From positions 128,180-192,179 of the forward strand of contig DATLFA010000061.1 of assembly GCA_035525225.1 (NCBI GenBank): a stretch of 64,000 nt of DNA. The letters are read 5' to 3'. This DNA is from Acidimicrobiales bacterium (GTDB lineage Bacteria; Actinomycetota; Acidimicrobiia; Acidimicrobiales; WLNW01). Position 1 is the first letter of the stretch; the number at the start of each line of letters is the position of its first letter. The notes under the pieces were generated by a model, which did no database searches, was not told where the DNA came from, and worked only from the letters and a program-made list of their open reading frames with translations. Shown here piece by piece: positions 31,389-40,210 of the stretch. The position numbers and the translations under genes are program-made.

Positions 31389-32290
31389 CCGCAGAGCAGC
31401 CGAAGCCGGGCCGGCCGATCACGGGCCATACCCAGCTGGCGGCGGTCATCGGTGCGCCGGTGAGGCATTCGATCTCGCCGGCCATCCACAATGCGGCGTT
31501 CGCCGCAGTCGATCTGGATTGGGTCTACTTGGCCTTCGACGTACGCGAGGGCGAGGCCAAGACCGCGCTCGACGCCGTGCGCGCGCTGGGGATCCGCGGC
31601 CTCTCGGTGACCATGCCGCACAAGTCGGCGGTGGCCGATGCGGTCGACGAGCTCAGCGACGCGGCTCGCGAATTGCGCGCCGTCAACTGCGTCGTCAACC
31701 GCGACGGCTGGTTGTTCGGTGACAACACCGATGGTGCCGGGTTCGTCGATGCGTTCCGTCACGACAGCGGTGGTGACGTGGCGGGCCGGCGGTGTGGCGT
31801 CATCGGCGGTGGCGGCGCGGCGCGGGCAGTCGTGCGTGCGTTGGCCGGCGCGGGTGCGTCCGAAGTGATCGTGGTCAATCGCAGTGCGGGTGCTGCCGCC
31901 GGCGCCGCGGCGCTGGCGGGCACGTGCGGTCGGGTCGGCGCCCTCGATGATCTGTCCGGTTGCGCCGTCGTCGTCAACGCCACGCCCCTCGGGATGGCGG
32001 GGCCACTCGAGGCAGCAGTACCCGTGCCCCTCCACCTGCTGCGGCCGGGGCAGGTGCTCGTCGACCTCGTCTACAACCCTCTCGAGACCCCGTGGCTGGC
32101 GGCGGCGCGCGAGCGCGGCATCGAGGCCCACAACGGGCTGAGCATGCTCGTGTTCCAGGCGGCCCGTGCGTTCGGCCACTGGACCGGTGTGGCGGCGCCG
32201 GTCGACGCGATGCTCGCGGCGGCGCGCCAGAAGGTGCTCGAGGCACCCGGCAATTCGCCCATACCAGCAACTTTCCCGGCGGATCACTGA
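31385..32290 (+). CDS. aroE: Shikimate dehydrogenase
   Basis: ATG 31385 overlaps the mltG stop (ATGA), inside track ORF 30992..32290. IGAPVRHSISPAIHNAAF, SVTMPHK, NTDGAGF and GGGGAARAV. Confidence 0.85.
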   Translation: MTAEQPKPGRPITGHTQLAAVIGAPVRHSISPAIHNAAFAAVDLDWVYLAFDVREGEAKTALDAVRALGIRGLSVTMPHKSAVADAVDELSDAARELRAVNCVVNRDGWLFGDNTDGAGFVDAFRHDSGGDVAGRRCGVIGGGGAARAVVRALAGAGASEVIVVNRSAGAAAGAAALAGTCGRVGALDDLSGCAVVVNATPLGMAGPLEAAVPVPLHLLRPGQVLVDLVYNPLETPWLAAARERGIEAHNGLSMLVFQAARAFGHWTGVAAPVDAMLAAARQKVLEAPGNSPIPATFPADH

Positions 32291-32353
32291 ACTTCGGCGG
32301 CCAGATGCCGACAAAAGACTCAAGTTAGGACCGCACGCCGGAGGTCAAGAACC

Positions 32354-33442
32354 GTGGCCCTTCAAGGAACACTGGACACATTCGCACTGCCTGATGTGCT
32401 CCGGCTATTGGCGACGACCCGCAAGACGGGACGTTTGCGCGTCAACGGTGACCGCGGGTCGGGCAGCCTGTGGGTCGAGGAAGGTCAGCTGGCCGCGAGC
32501 GAATTGATCGTGCCGGGTGCCACCGACGACAGCCTCATCAACACGTTGTTCCACTTGCTGCGCTTCAAGCGCGGCTCGTTCATCTTCGAAACGGGCGCGA
32601 TGGCGCCGGCGGGGATGGTCGCGAGCGAGATCGAGCCGATGCTCGACGAGGCCGAGGCGATGCTCGTCGAATGGCGCTCGATCGAAGCCGTCGTACCGTC
32701 GGTCGATGCGTGGTTGACGTTGCGCCCCGAATTGGCCGGCTCGATGGTCAAGATCGACAACGAGCGCTGGCGCATCATCGCCGCGATCGGTGGCGGTCGC
32801 AGCGTCGGTGGTGTCGGCGAGGCGCTAGGTCTCGACGAGTTGCCCGCGCTGCGTGGCGTCAAGGAAATCGTCGAACTGGGTCTCGTCACGGTGGGCACCC
32901 GTGCCCCGGATGATGCCGAAGGCGATCGCTCCGCGAGCCTTGTCGACGAAGCGCTCTCTTCGTCGGTTGCCGACGCCGTGCCCCCGATCGGGGAACCGGC
33001 AGACTTGCGCACGCAGTGGGAGGGCCCGGGCGATACGAACGGCCAGTCCACCACCCAACCGGGGTTCCAGGGCTGGGACGAGCCGACGAGCGAATGGGAA
33101 GAGTCCGCGCCGGGCTACTATCAGCCCCACGACATGGCCGGTCCGAGTTCGTCGGAGATGAGTGGTCTCGGCGATGCCGGCCTGAGCGACGAACCGCACT
33201 ACGACGCCGACTCGTATCCCGAGCCGGCGCGTGGTCGATCGTTCGAATCCGAACTCGACGACCCTGCCGAGATCGCCCGCCAATTGGCGAACTTGAGCCC
33301 GCGGGCGGCGAAGGCCGTGGCCGCGGCCGCGAAGGCACAGACTCCCGAGGAGCGCGAGGCCGCGCTGGCCGCAATCGAAGCAGAAGACGACACCGTCAAC
33401 CGTGGATTGCTGTTGAAGTTCCTCGGTTCCGTCGACTCCTGA
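32354..33442 (+). CDS. DUF4388-domain protein with an acidic disordered C-terminal half
   Basis: Track ORF of 362 aa with a GTG start. N-terminal LQGTLDTFALPDVLRLLATTRKTGRLRV matches the DUF4388 (PatA-N-like) signature as I remember it. Confidence 0.65.
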   Translation: MALQGTLDTFALPDVLRLLATTRKTGRLRVNGDRGSGSLWVEEGQLAASELIVPGATDDSLINTLFHLLRFKRGSFIFETGAMAPAGMVASEIEPMLDEAEAMLVEWRSIEAVVPSVDAWLTLRPELAGSMVKIDNERWRIIAAIGGGRSVGGVGEALGLDELPALRGVKEIVELGLVTVGTRAPDDAEGDRSASLVDEALSSSVADAVPPIGEPADLRTQWEGPGDTNGQSTTQPGFQGWDEPTSEWEESAPGYYQPHDMAGPSSSEMSGLGDAGLSDEPHYDADSYPEPARGRSFESELDDPAEIARQLANLSPRAAKAVAAAAKAQTPEEREAALAAIEAEDDTVNRGLLLKFLGSVDS

Positions 33443-33481
33443 TCGTCGGTCAGGGATACTCGAACCGATGAGCGAAGCGAA

Positions 33482-33511
33482 GCGGGCCCGAGCGGCCCCT
33501 TTCAGAGCGGG
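33482..33511. repeat. R2 element, single copy with 2 extra nt, intergenic upstream of the prepilin peptidase gene
   Basis: GCGGGCCCGAGCGGCCCCTTTCAGAGCGGG. It lies inside a 17-codon uORF (33468-33521). Confidence 0.85.
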
Positions 33512-33517
33512 ACGCAA

Positions 33518-34357
33518 GTGAGCAAGCAGCTCTTGGTGGGTCTGTCGATCCCCCTGGGGCTCGTCATCGGCAGCCTGCTCACGATGGTCATCGACCGCGT
33601 GCCCGAGCGGTGGCCGGTGTTCCGGCCGGGCCCGCGTTGCCCGCACTGCGAAGCGCCGATCGCGCCGCGCCACCTCGTGCCCGTTGTGTCGTGGTTCATG
33701 TTGCGGGGGCGCTGCGCTTCGTGCAACGAACGCATCACCGTCGCGTATCCGATCGTCGAGGTCGTCACCGCGTTCGCGTTCGCCGCGGCCGCGGTGCGCT
33801 TCGGGCCCCTCTGGACCGTGGTCGCCTACTGGCTGTTCTTCGCGACGCTCATCGCGGTGTCGGTCGTCGACCTCTTCAATTACATGATTCCCGACCGCAT
33901 CGTGTTCCCCTCGCTCGGTGCGTCGCTCGTGTTGATCGTGGCGATCTCGCTGTACTACGACGAACCAAAGGCGATCGCGGGAGCGCTCATCGGCATGCTC
34001 GCCTACGCGGTGATGCTCGGTCTCCCGTTCGTCATCCGGCCGAACGCGCTCGGCTTCGGCGACGTGAAGCTGGCCCTCGTGATGGGTCTGTTCCTCGGAT
34101 GGACCGACGATTATCTGAACTCTGTCCGTTTGGTGTTGATCTCGCTTGTGATCGGTTGTCTCGTCGGTCTCGGCATCGGCGCCGCGTTGTTCCTCGCCCG
34201 CAAGGTGACGGGCCGCGAGTTGCTGATCGATCCGTTGGTCGAGGCGGGCGAGCTCGCCCCCCAGACCGGGCTGTTCGGGACGACGTTCCCCTTCGGCCCC
34301 GCGCTCGCCATCGGGGCCTCGGTCGGCGTGCTCTTCGCGCCCCAACTGCTGGGCTGA
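33518..34357 (+). CDS. pilD: Type IV prepilin peptidase (A24 family)
   Basis: Track ORF of 279 aa with a GTG start. Zinc-ribbon-like RCPHCEAPI...RCASCNERI, catalytic-Asp region GFGDVKLALVMGLFLGW and multiple transmembrane segments. Confidence 0.85.
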   Translation: MSKQLLVGLSIPLGLVIGSLLTMVIDRVPERWPVFRPGPRCPHCEAPIAPRHLVPVVSWFMLRGRCASCNERITVAYPIVEVVTAFAFAAAAVRFGPLWTVVAYWLFFATLIAVSVVDLFNYMIPDRIVFPSLGASLVLIVAISLYYDEPKAIAGALIGMLAYAVMLGLPFVIRPNALGFGDVKLALVMGLFLGWTDDYLNSVRLVLISLVIGCLVGLGIGAALFLARKVTGRELLIDPLVEAGELAPQTGLFGTTFPFGPALAIGASVGVLFAPQLLG

Positions 34358-34368
34358 TTCCCCGCCGC

Positions 34369-34426
34369 CCGAACGGCGGATTATCGCCGTCAATGTGCCG
34401 AACGGCGGATTATCGCCGTCAATGTG
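34369..34426. repeat. R1 element: two tandem 29-nt copies (CCGAACGGCGGATTATCGCCGTCAATGTG)
   Basis: Identical copies at 34369-34397 and 34398-34426. They share the 23-nt core CGGCGGATTATCGCCG[C/T]CAATGTG and the same 29-nt period with the array at 26592-26661. Confidence 0.9.
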
Positions 34427-34455
34427 AAAGGCTCGCTGCCGACTCAGGGGGTCTT

Positions 34456-35211
34456 ATGGGACGGCTCGACGGCAAGATCGCGCTCATAACGGGGGCCGCG
34501 CGCGGACAAGGCGAATGTGAAGCGCGCCTGTTCGCCGCCGAAGGCGCCAAGGTGTTGCTCACCGATGTGTTGGACGAAGGCGCGGCCGTAGCCGAATCGA
34601 TCGGAGCAGCGGCGGGCTACGCGCATCTCGACGTCACGTCGGCCACCGACTGGCACAGTGCGGTTGCTCTGTGTACCGAGCGCTTCGGTGCGCCCAACGT
34701 GCTCGTCAACAACGCCGGCATCATGGTGCCCGGCACGTTGCTCGAATGTGACGAGGCGACGTTCCGCAAGACTCTCGACATCAACCTCATCGGCGCGTTC
34801 CTCGGCATCCAGACGGTTGCGAAGGCGATGATCGACGGAGGCGGCGGCGGCTCGATCGTCAACATCTCGTCGGTGGCGGCGCTGGTGGCCCGCCCTGGCT
34901 ACACCGCCTACGGCACGAGCAAATGGGGCCTTCGGGGGCTCACGAAGTACGCTGCGATGGAGCTCGGCCACCACGGGATCCGGGTCAACTCGATCCATCC
35001 CGGGGCCGTGGCGACCCCGATGACGCTGCCGGATCTGTCGCCCGCTGCGGTGGCCGAGCGCAACTCCGTGCTGGCCCATCTACCGATTCCGCGCTGGGCC
35101 CAACCCGAGGAAATCGCGAACCTCGCGTTGTTCCTCGCGTCCGACGAGTCTTCGTTCTCGACCGGAAGCGAATTCGTCGCCGACGGTGGCCGCAGCGCCG
35201 GATCGGCCTGA
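34456..35211 (+). CDS. Short-chain dehydrogenase/reductase (SDR)
   Basis: ATG 34456 lies inside track ORF 33610..35211; the upstream part of that ORF is out-of-frame overlap with pilD. TGAARGQG, NNAG and YTAYGTSKWGLRGLTK (YxxxK). Confidence 0.85.
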   Translation: MGRLDGKIALITGAARGQGECEARLFAAEGAKVLLTDVLDEGAAVAESIGAAAGYAHLDVTSATDWHSAVALCTERFGAPNVLVNNAGIMVPGTLLECDEATFRKTLDINLIGAFLGIQTVAKAMIDGGGGGSIVNISSVAALVARPGYTAYGTSKWGLRGLTKYAAMELGHHGIRVNSIHPGAVATPMTLPDLSPAAVAERNSVLAHLPIPRWAQPEEIANLALFLASDESSFSTGSEFVADGGRSAGSA

Positions 35212-35266
35212 ACTGCCTACCGCGCGATGAGCGCTTGCGCGAAGAGCCGGAGGGTAGCCTGACCCC

Positions 35267-35800
35267 GTGGCGCCCCTGCAACCCCATCTCGTGCTCATCG
35301 GGATGATGGGCGCGGGCAAGACCAGTGTGGGTCGTCGCCTCGCGCGCCGTCTCGGTTGGCGCCACGTCGACGCCGACAAGCGCATCGAGCGAACGACCGG
35401 TCGTACGATTGCCGAGATCTTCGCCGAAGACGGGGAGGCAGGGTTTCGGGCGATCGAACACGACGTGCTCGAAACGTTGCTTCGCCTTCCCGGGCGCACC
35501 GTCGTTTCGACCGGTGGGGGAGCCGTGCTGTCGCCTGACAACTGCGCGCTGATGCGCGAGCGGGGCTCGGTGGTGTGGCTGCGCGCCCGACCCGAGACAC
35601 TGCTCGCCCGCGTCGGCGGTGGCAGCGGTCGGCCGCTGCTCGGCGACGATCCCGAGGCGGCGCTGCGGCGCATCGTGGTCGAACGCCAGAGCGCCTACAC
35701 GAGTGCCGCGCACTTCGTCGTCGACGTCGACGGATGCACCGCCGATCAGGTGGCCGATGCAGTGCTCGCCGCGATCAAGAGCCACGAGCGCGCATCGTGA
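35267..35800 (+). CDS. aroK: Shikimate kinase
   Basis: Track ORF of 177 aa. Walker A GMMGAGKTSVGRRLA, followed by DADKRIE and STGGGAV. Confidence 0.9.
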   Translation: MAPLQPHLVLIGMMGAGKTSVGRRLARRLGWRHVDADKRIERTTGRTIAEIFAEDGEAGFRAIEHDVLETLLRLPGRTVVSTGGGAVLSPDNCALMRERGSVVWLRARPETLLARVGGGSGRPLLGDDPEAALRRIVVERQSAYTSAAHFVVDVDGCTADQVADAVLAAIKSHERAS

Positions 35801-36801
35801 TCGTCGTCCCCGTCTCGTTGGGCGATCGCAGCTACGACGTCATCGTCGGCGCCGGCGCAGGCGAGCAGCTCGCCACGTTGCTACCGCGCAGCGTGGCCCG
35901 CGCCGCGATCGTGACCCAGCGCGGCATCCCGCACGACGTCGATCCCGGCATCGAACACCGCGTCTTCTTCGTCGACGATGGCGAAGAGGCCAAGTCGCTG
36001 TCGACGATCGAAACGCTGTGCCGCGGTTTCGCGCAGTGGGGTCTCACGCGAGCCGACGTCGTCATCGGCGTCGGCGGAGGCGTGGTCACCGATATCGCGG
36101 GCTTCGCCGCAGCGAGCTACCACCGCGGTGTGCCCGTCATCCACGTCGCGACGACACTGCTCGCACAGATCGACGCCGCCATCGGAGGCAAGACGGGCGT
36201 CAATCTGCCCGAAGGCAAGAACCTGGTGGGCGCGTACTGGCAACCCCACGGCGTCATCTGTGACACCGCGATGCTCACGACGCTGCCGCCGCGCGAGATG
36301 CGATGCGGTCTCGGAGAGATGGCCAAGTATCACTTTCTGGGCGGTGGCCACCTCGACTCGCTGCCGCTCGACGAGCGCGTCGCGGCGTGCGTCCGCATCA
36401 AGGCCGATGTCGTGTCGAGCGACGAGCGCGAGGGCGGTCGTCGCGCCATCTTGAACTACGGGCACACGCTTGCGCATGCACTCGAGACCGCGGGGCAGTA
36501 CGACTTGCATCACGGCGAGGCGGTCGCCATCGGGCTGATCTACGCAGCCGAGGTTGCCCGCCAACTCGACCGCATCGACGACGAGCGCGTTGCCGAGCAC
36601 CGTAGCGTGGTAGGGGGATACGACTTGCCGTTACGACCACCAGCAGGCACACGCGCGGATGTGGTGCTCCCGCTGTTCGCGCGCGACAAGAAGGCCTTGG
36701 CGGGCATCACGTTGGTGCTCGACGGACCACACGGGGTCGAGCCAGTGACTGGTATCGACGACGAAGTTCTCGTCGAGGCATTCGAGAGGCTCATGTCGTG
36801 A
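35797..36801 (+). CDS. aroB: 3-dehydroquinate synthase
   Basis: GTG 35797 overlaps the aroK stop (GTGA), inside track ORF 35575..36801. GGGVVTDIAGFAAASYHRGVPVIHVATTLLAQIDAAIGGKTGVN and NYGHTLAHALE. Confidence 0.9.
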   Translation: MIVVPVSLGDRSYDVIVGAGAGEQLATLLPRSVARAAIVTQRGIPHDVDPGIEHRVFFVDDGEEAKSLSTIETLCRGFAQWGLTRADVVIGVGGGVVTDIAGFAAASYHRGVPVIHVATTLLAQIDAAIGGKTGVNLPEGKNLVGAYWQPHGVICDTAMLTTLPPREMRCGLGEMAKYHFLGGGHLDSLPLDERVAACVRIKADVVSSDEREGGRRAILNYGHTLAHALETAGQYDLHHGEAVAIGLIYAAEVARQLDRIDDERVAEHRSVVGGYDLPLRPPAGTRADVVLPLFARDKKALAGITLVLDGPHGVEPVTGIDDEVLVEAFERLMS

Positions 36802-37250
36802 GTTCAGCGCCGATCATCCTTCTCTTGTCAGGGCCCAACTTGAATCTGTTGGGTCAACGCGAGCCGAGCGTCTACGGCACCGACTCACTCGACGACCATG
36901 TCGAGCGCGCACGCGGTGCGGCCACCGCCCTCGGTTTCGCGCTCGAGCATGTCCAGTCGAACCACGAAGGTGTGCTCGTCGATGCCATCCACTCGGCGCG
37001 CAATCGATGCGCGGCCGTCGTCATCAATCCCGGCGCGTTCACGCACTACGCGTGGGCCATCCACGACGCTTTGGCGACATTCGACGGGCCGGTCGTCGAG
37101 TTGCACTTGTCCAACCCCAATGCGCGTGAGCAGTGGCGCCACACGTCGGTGGTGGCGCCGGTGGCCACCGGCAGCATCGTCGGGTTCGGCGGGCACGGTT
37201 ACGTCATGGCGATCGACGCGGTCGGCCGGCTGCTCGGAGCCGTCTCGTGA
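36798..37250 (+). CDS. aroQ: Type II 3-dehydroquinate dehydratase
   Basis: Track ORF of 150 aa with a GTGA overlap with aroB. LLLSGPNLNLLGQREPSVYG, QSNHEG, INPGAFTHY and HLSNP. Confidence 0.9.
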   Translation: MSSAPIILLLSGPNLNLLGQREPSVYGTDSLDDHVERARGAATALGFALEHVQSNHEGVLVDAIHSARNRCAAVVINPGAFTHYAWAIHDALATFDGPVVELHLSNPNAREQWRHTSVVAPVATGSIVGFGGHGYVMAIDAVGRLLGAVS

Positions 37251-38359
37251 CGAGGCTTCCACCTACTGCGTTGCCAACTCTTGACATCGGCCCGCGTATC
37301 GATCGATTACGCGCGGCGCTCGATACCGCTGGTTGCGACGCGCTCATCGTCACCAACCCCACCAACGTGCGTTACCTGACGGGCTTCACCGGTTCGGCCG
37401 GTCTGGTGGTCGTCACTGCCGACGACGCGGTGTTGGTCACCGACGGTCGCTACGAGACGCAGGTGGTCGAGCAGGTCACCGCCAGTGGCGCCCCCGTGAG
37501 TGTCGAGATCACGACCAACGCGCAGCGAGAGGTCACGATCAGCGCCGTCGGCTCGTCGGCCCGCGTCGGTCTCGAGTCGCACTCGGTGACCTGGGCGCAA
37601 CAACGCAGCTATCAAGAGTGGTTCGAGCAGCGCGAGTTGCTCGCTACCGATCTCCTCGTCGAAGGGTTACGCGTCACTAAGGACGCGGGCGAACTCGCGC
37701 GCATCGAAGCCGCGGCGGCGATCGCCGACGCGGCACTCGGCGGGGTCCGCCGACGCTTGCTCGACGGCCCCACCGAAGCCGAGTTCGGGCTCGAGCTCGA
37801 CACCGCGATGCGGCGACTCGGCGCGAGCGGCAGCGCGTTCGAGACGATCATCGCCAGCGGTCCCAACTCGGCCAAGGCGCACCACCGGCCGTCGCCCCGG
37901 CAAGTCCGGGAAGGTGACTTCGTGATCATCGACTTCGGCGCCATCGTCGACGGCTATCGCTCGGACATGACCCGCACCGTTGTCGTCGGCGAGCCGTCCG
38001 CGCAGCAGCAGCGCGTCTACGACGCGGTGGCCGGCGCGCAGGCCGCCGGTGTCGCCGCGGTCATCGACGGTACGCCGGCCAAAGAGGTCGATCGGGCCTG
38101 CCGCGACTACATCACCGAGCGGGGCTGGGGCGAGCGATTCGTGCACGGCACCGGCCACGGCGTGGGCCTCGACATCCATGAGGCACCGTGGGTGAACACC
38201 CGAACGACTGCTACGCTGCAGGCCGGCCACGTGGTCACGGTGGAGCCCGGTGTGTACCTTCCCGACTTCGGCGGGGTGCGCGTCGAGGACACGGTGATCG
38301 TGACGCCTTCCGGGTGTCGGCCACTGACACACACGGCCAAAGATCCCGTCGTGGCCTGA
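37247..38359 (+). CDS. M24-family Xaa-Pro aminopeptidase/dipeptidase
   Basis: GTG 37247 overlaps the aroQ stop (GTGA), inside track ORF 37133..38359. DFGAIVDGYRSDMTRT, HGTGHGVGLDIHEAP and VEPGVY...VRVEDTV. Confidence 0.85.
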   Translation: MTRLPPTALPTLDIGPRIDRLRAALDTAGCDALIVTNPTNVRYLTGFTGSAGLVVVTADDAVLVTDGRYETQVVEQVTASGAPVSVEITTNAQREVTISAVGSSARVGLESHSVTWAQQRSYQEWFEQRELLATDLLVEGLRVTKDAGELARIEAAAAIADAALGGVRRRLLDGPTEAEFGLELDTAMRRLGASGSAFETIIASGPNSAKAHHRPSPRQVREGDFVIIDFGAIVDGYRSDMTRTVVVGEPSAQQQRVYDAVAGAQAAGVAAVIDGTPAKEVDRACRDYITERGWGERFVHGTGHGVGLDIHEAPWVNTRTTATLQAGHVVTVEPGVYLPDFGGVRVEDTVIVTPSGCRPLTHTAKDPVVA

Positions 38360-38388
38360 ACCGAAATCACCTCACCGAAAGCTCGCGC

Positions 38389-38952
38389 ATGCCCGCCATC
38401 ACCACCAACGACATCAAGACCGGGATGACCCTCGAGATCGACTCGGGTCTGTTCCAGATCGTCGATTTCCAACACGTCAAGCCGGGCAAAGGGCACGCCT
38501 TCGTGCGCACCACACTGAAGAACGTGCGCACCGGTGCGGTCATCGACCGTACGTTCCGCGCGGCCGAACGCGTCGAGCGGGCCATCGTCGACAAGCGCGA
38601 GATGCAGTTCCTCTACCGCGACGGTGACGACTACGTGTTCATGGACAACACCACGTACGACCAGATGCAGGTCGCGCCGTCCACATTGGGTGATGCGTCG
38701 AATTACCTGATCGAAAACGCCACGGCCATCCTCAACATGTACGGCGACGAGGTGGTCGGTGTCGATCTCCCGGCATCGGTCGAGCTCACGATCGCCTCTA
38801 CCGAGCCGGGCGTGCAGGGCGACCGGGTCTCGGGTGCCCGCAAGCCGGCGACCCTCGAGACGGGGCTCGTGGTGCAGGTGCCCCTCTTCGTCAACCCCGG
38901 CGAGCGCGTCAAGGTCGATACCCGCAGCGGCGAATACCTCACCCGTGCGTGA
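38389..38952 (+). CDS. efp: Elongation factor P
   Basis: ATG 38389 lies inside track ORF 38188..38952. TNDIKTGMTLEIDSGLFQIVDFQHVKPGKGHAFVRTTLKN. Confidence 0.95.
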   Translation: MPAITTNDIKTGMTLEIDSGLFQIVDFQHVKPGKGHAFVRTTLKNVRTGAVIDRTFRAAERVERAIVDKREMQFLYRDGDDYVFMDNTTYDQMQVAPSTLGDASNYLIENATAILNMYGDEVVGVDLPASVELTIASTEPGVQGDRVSGARKPATLETGLVVQVPLFVNPGERVKVDTRSGEYLTRA

Positions 38953-38973
38953 CCTGTCGATCGTCGCTCGGCC

Positions 38974-39672
38974 GTGACCGACCCCGACGATCCTCGCGCG
39001 GAGGCGGCCGCCGACCGTCGCGATGATGCCTATCGCCCCGCACGGTCCGACGCAGTCCCACTGGCGTTCCCGCTGCACCTGTTGCCGGTCGAGGCCGACG
39101 AAGACTCCGAAGTCGTCCTCGAAGAGGTGATCTCGCCGGCCGATGACGGCAAGCCGTTGCGGCCGCGGCGTGAGGCCCGCGAGACAGCGCTCGTCCTGTT
39201 GTACGAAGCCGAGGCGCGCGGCGTCGACCCGCTCGAGGTGCTCGACGCTCAGATCGTCACTCCGCTCGACTACACGGTCGCGCTATTGAGGGGCGTCAGC
39301 GAACACCTCGCCGACAGCGACGCCCTCATCACCCAATTCGCCCGCGAATGGCGACTCGAGCGCATGCCGTCGATCGATCGCTGCCTCATGCGTATCGCCG
39401 TCTACGAGTTGGGTTACCGCAGCGACGTGCCCACCGGGGTCGTGCTCGCGGAGGCCGTCGAATTGGCCAGCCGCTATTCGACCGCGGACTCGTCGCGCTT
39501 CGTCAACGGGATCTTGGCCCGCGTGGCCGAGCACGTCCGCCGATCACCGCAACGCGCCGGTGAGCCCCCGGCCGAAGACACTGATCCTCTCGGAAGAGAC
39601 ACTGGTCTTCTCGGAAGAGAAACTGGTCCCGACACGTCCAAGGACCGTGGGATTGGCAACAACCACCGGTGA
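38974..39672 (+). CDS. nusB: Transcription antitermination factor NusB with N- and C-terminal extensions
   Basis: Track ORF of 232 aa. Core RREARETALVLLYEAEARG...IDRCLMRIAVYEL...AVELASRYSTADSSRFVNGILARV. The tail carries 21-nt repeats. Confidence 0.85.
   Translation: MTDPDDPRAEAAADRRDDAYRPARSDAVPLAFPLHLLPVEADEDSEVVLEEVISPADDGKPLRPRREARETALVLLYEAEARGVDPLEVLDAQIVTPLDYTVALLRGVSEHLADSDALITQFAREWRLERMPSIDRCLMRIAVYELGYRSDVPTGVVLAEAVELASRYSTADSSRFVNGILARVAEHVRRSPQRAGEPPAEDTDPLGRDTGLLGRETGPDTSKDRGIGNNHR
39577..39631. repeat. In-frame 21-nt repeat, about 2.6 copies, in the nusB C-terminal tail
   Basis: GACACTGATCCTCTCGGAAGA, then GACACTGGTCTTCTCGGAAGA, then GAAACTGGTCCCG. They encode DTDPLGR, DTGLLGR and ETGP. 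Confidence 0.85.
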
Positions 39673-40210
39673 ATCGCGCTCGGTAGCGCTGGTGTTGCGC
39701 GCCCAGTCGGGCGACCGCGACGCGTTCGGTTCTCTGATTCGCCAGCACGATGTCTCGATGCGCCGGCTCGCGTTCGGCCTCGTCGGTGACCGCGGAGGGA
39801 TGGACGACGCGCTGCAGGAGGCCTACCTCCGGGCCTATCGCGGGCTGCCGTCGTTCCACGGCGACTCGGCGTTCGGCACTTGGCTCTACCGCATCGTGTA
39901 CCGCACGTGCCTCGACGAACTGCGCCGGCGCCGCCCGGTCAGCGCCCTCGACGAGGCCGCGGAGGTTCCCGACACGCGGGCCAGCCCCGAACTGCAGGCA
40001 TCGTCGCGCCGCGACATCGATGCCGCGATGGCGCAGCTCTCGAACGAGATGCGCGCCGCGGTGTGGTTGATCGACGGCGAAGGCCTGTCCTACGAGGAGG
40101 CGGCCTCAGTGCTGGGCGTCCCCGCGGGGACCATCGCGTCGAGGGTCAGCCGGGCTCGGGTGCAGTTGCGCCGCGCGTTGAGCCCGAACAGGGGAGCCGA
40201 GGCGCCATGA
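39647..40210 (+). CDS. ECF-type RNA polymerase sigma-70 family factor
   Basis: Lies inside track ORF 39560..40210. Start is GTG 39647 or TTG 39653, after AAGGA. Region 2 LQEAYLRAYRGLPSFHGDSAFGTWLYRIVYRTCLDELRRR; region 4 LSYEEAASVLGVPAGTIASRVSRARVQLRRAL. Confidence 0.8.
   Translation: MGLATTTGESRSVALVLRAQSGDRDAFGSLIRQHDVSMRRLAFGLVGDRGGMDDALQEAYLRAYRGLPSFHGDSAFGTWLYRIVYRTCLDELRRRRPVSALDEAAEVPDTRASPELQASSRRDIDAAMAQLSNEMRAAVWLIDGEGLSYEEAASVLGVPAGTIASRVSRARVQLRRALSPNRGAEAP

Noticed and set aside
33610-34455. The N-terminal 282 residues of track ORF 33610..35211, as a large fusion protein ending in the SDR domain.
   Set aside because: This stretch is out-of-frame overlap with pilD plus the R1 array. 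The SDR Rossmann motif TGAARGQG follows directly after ATG 34456.
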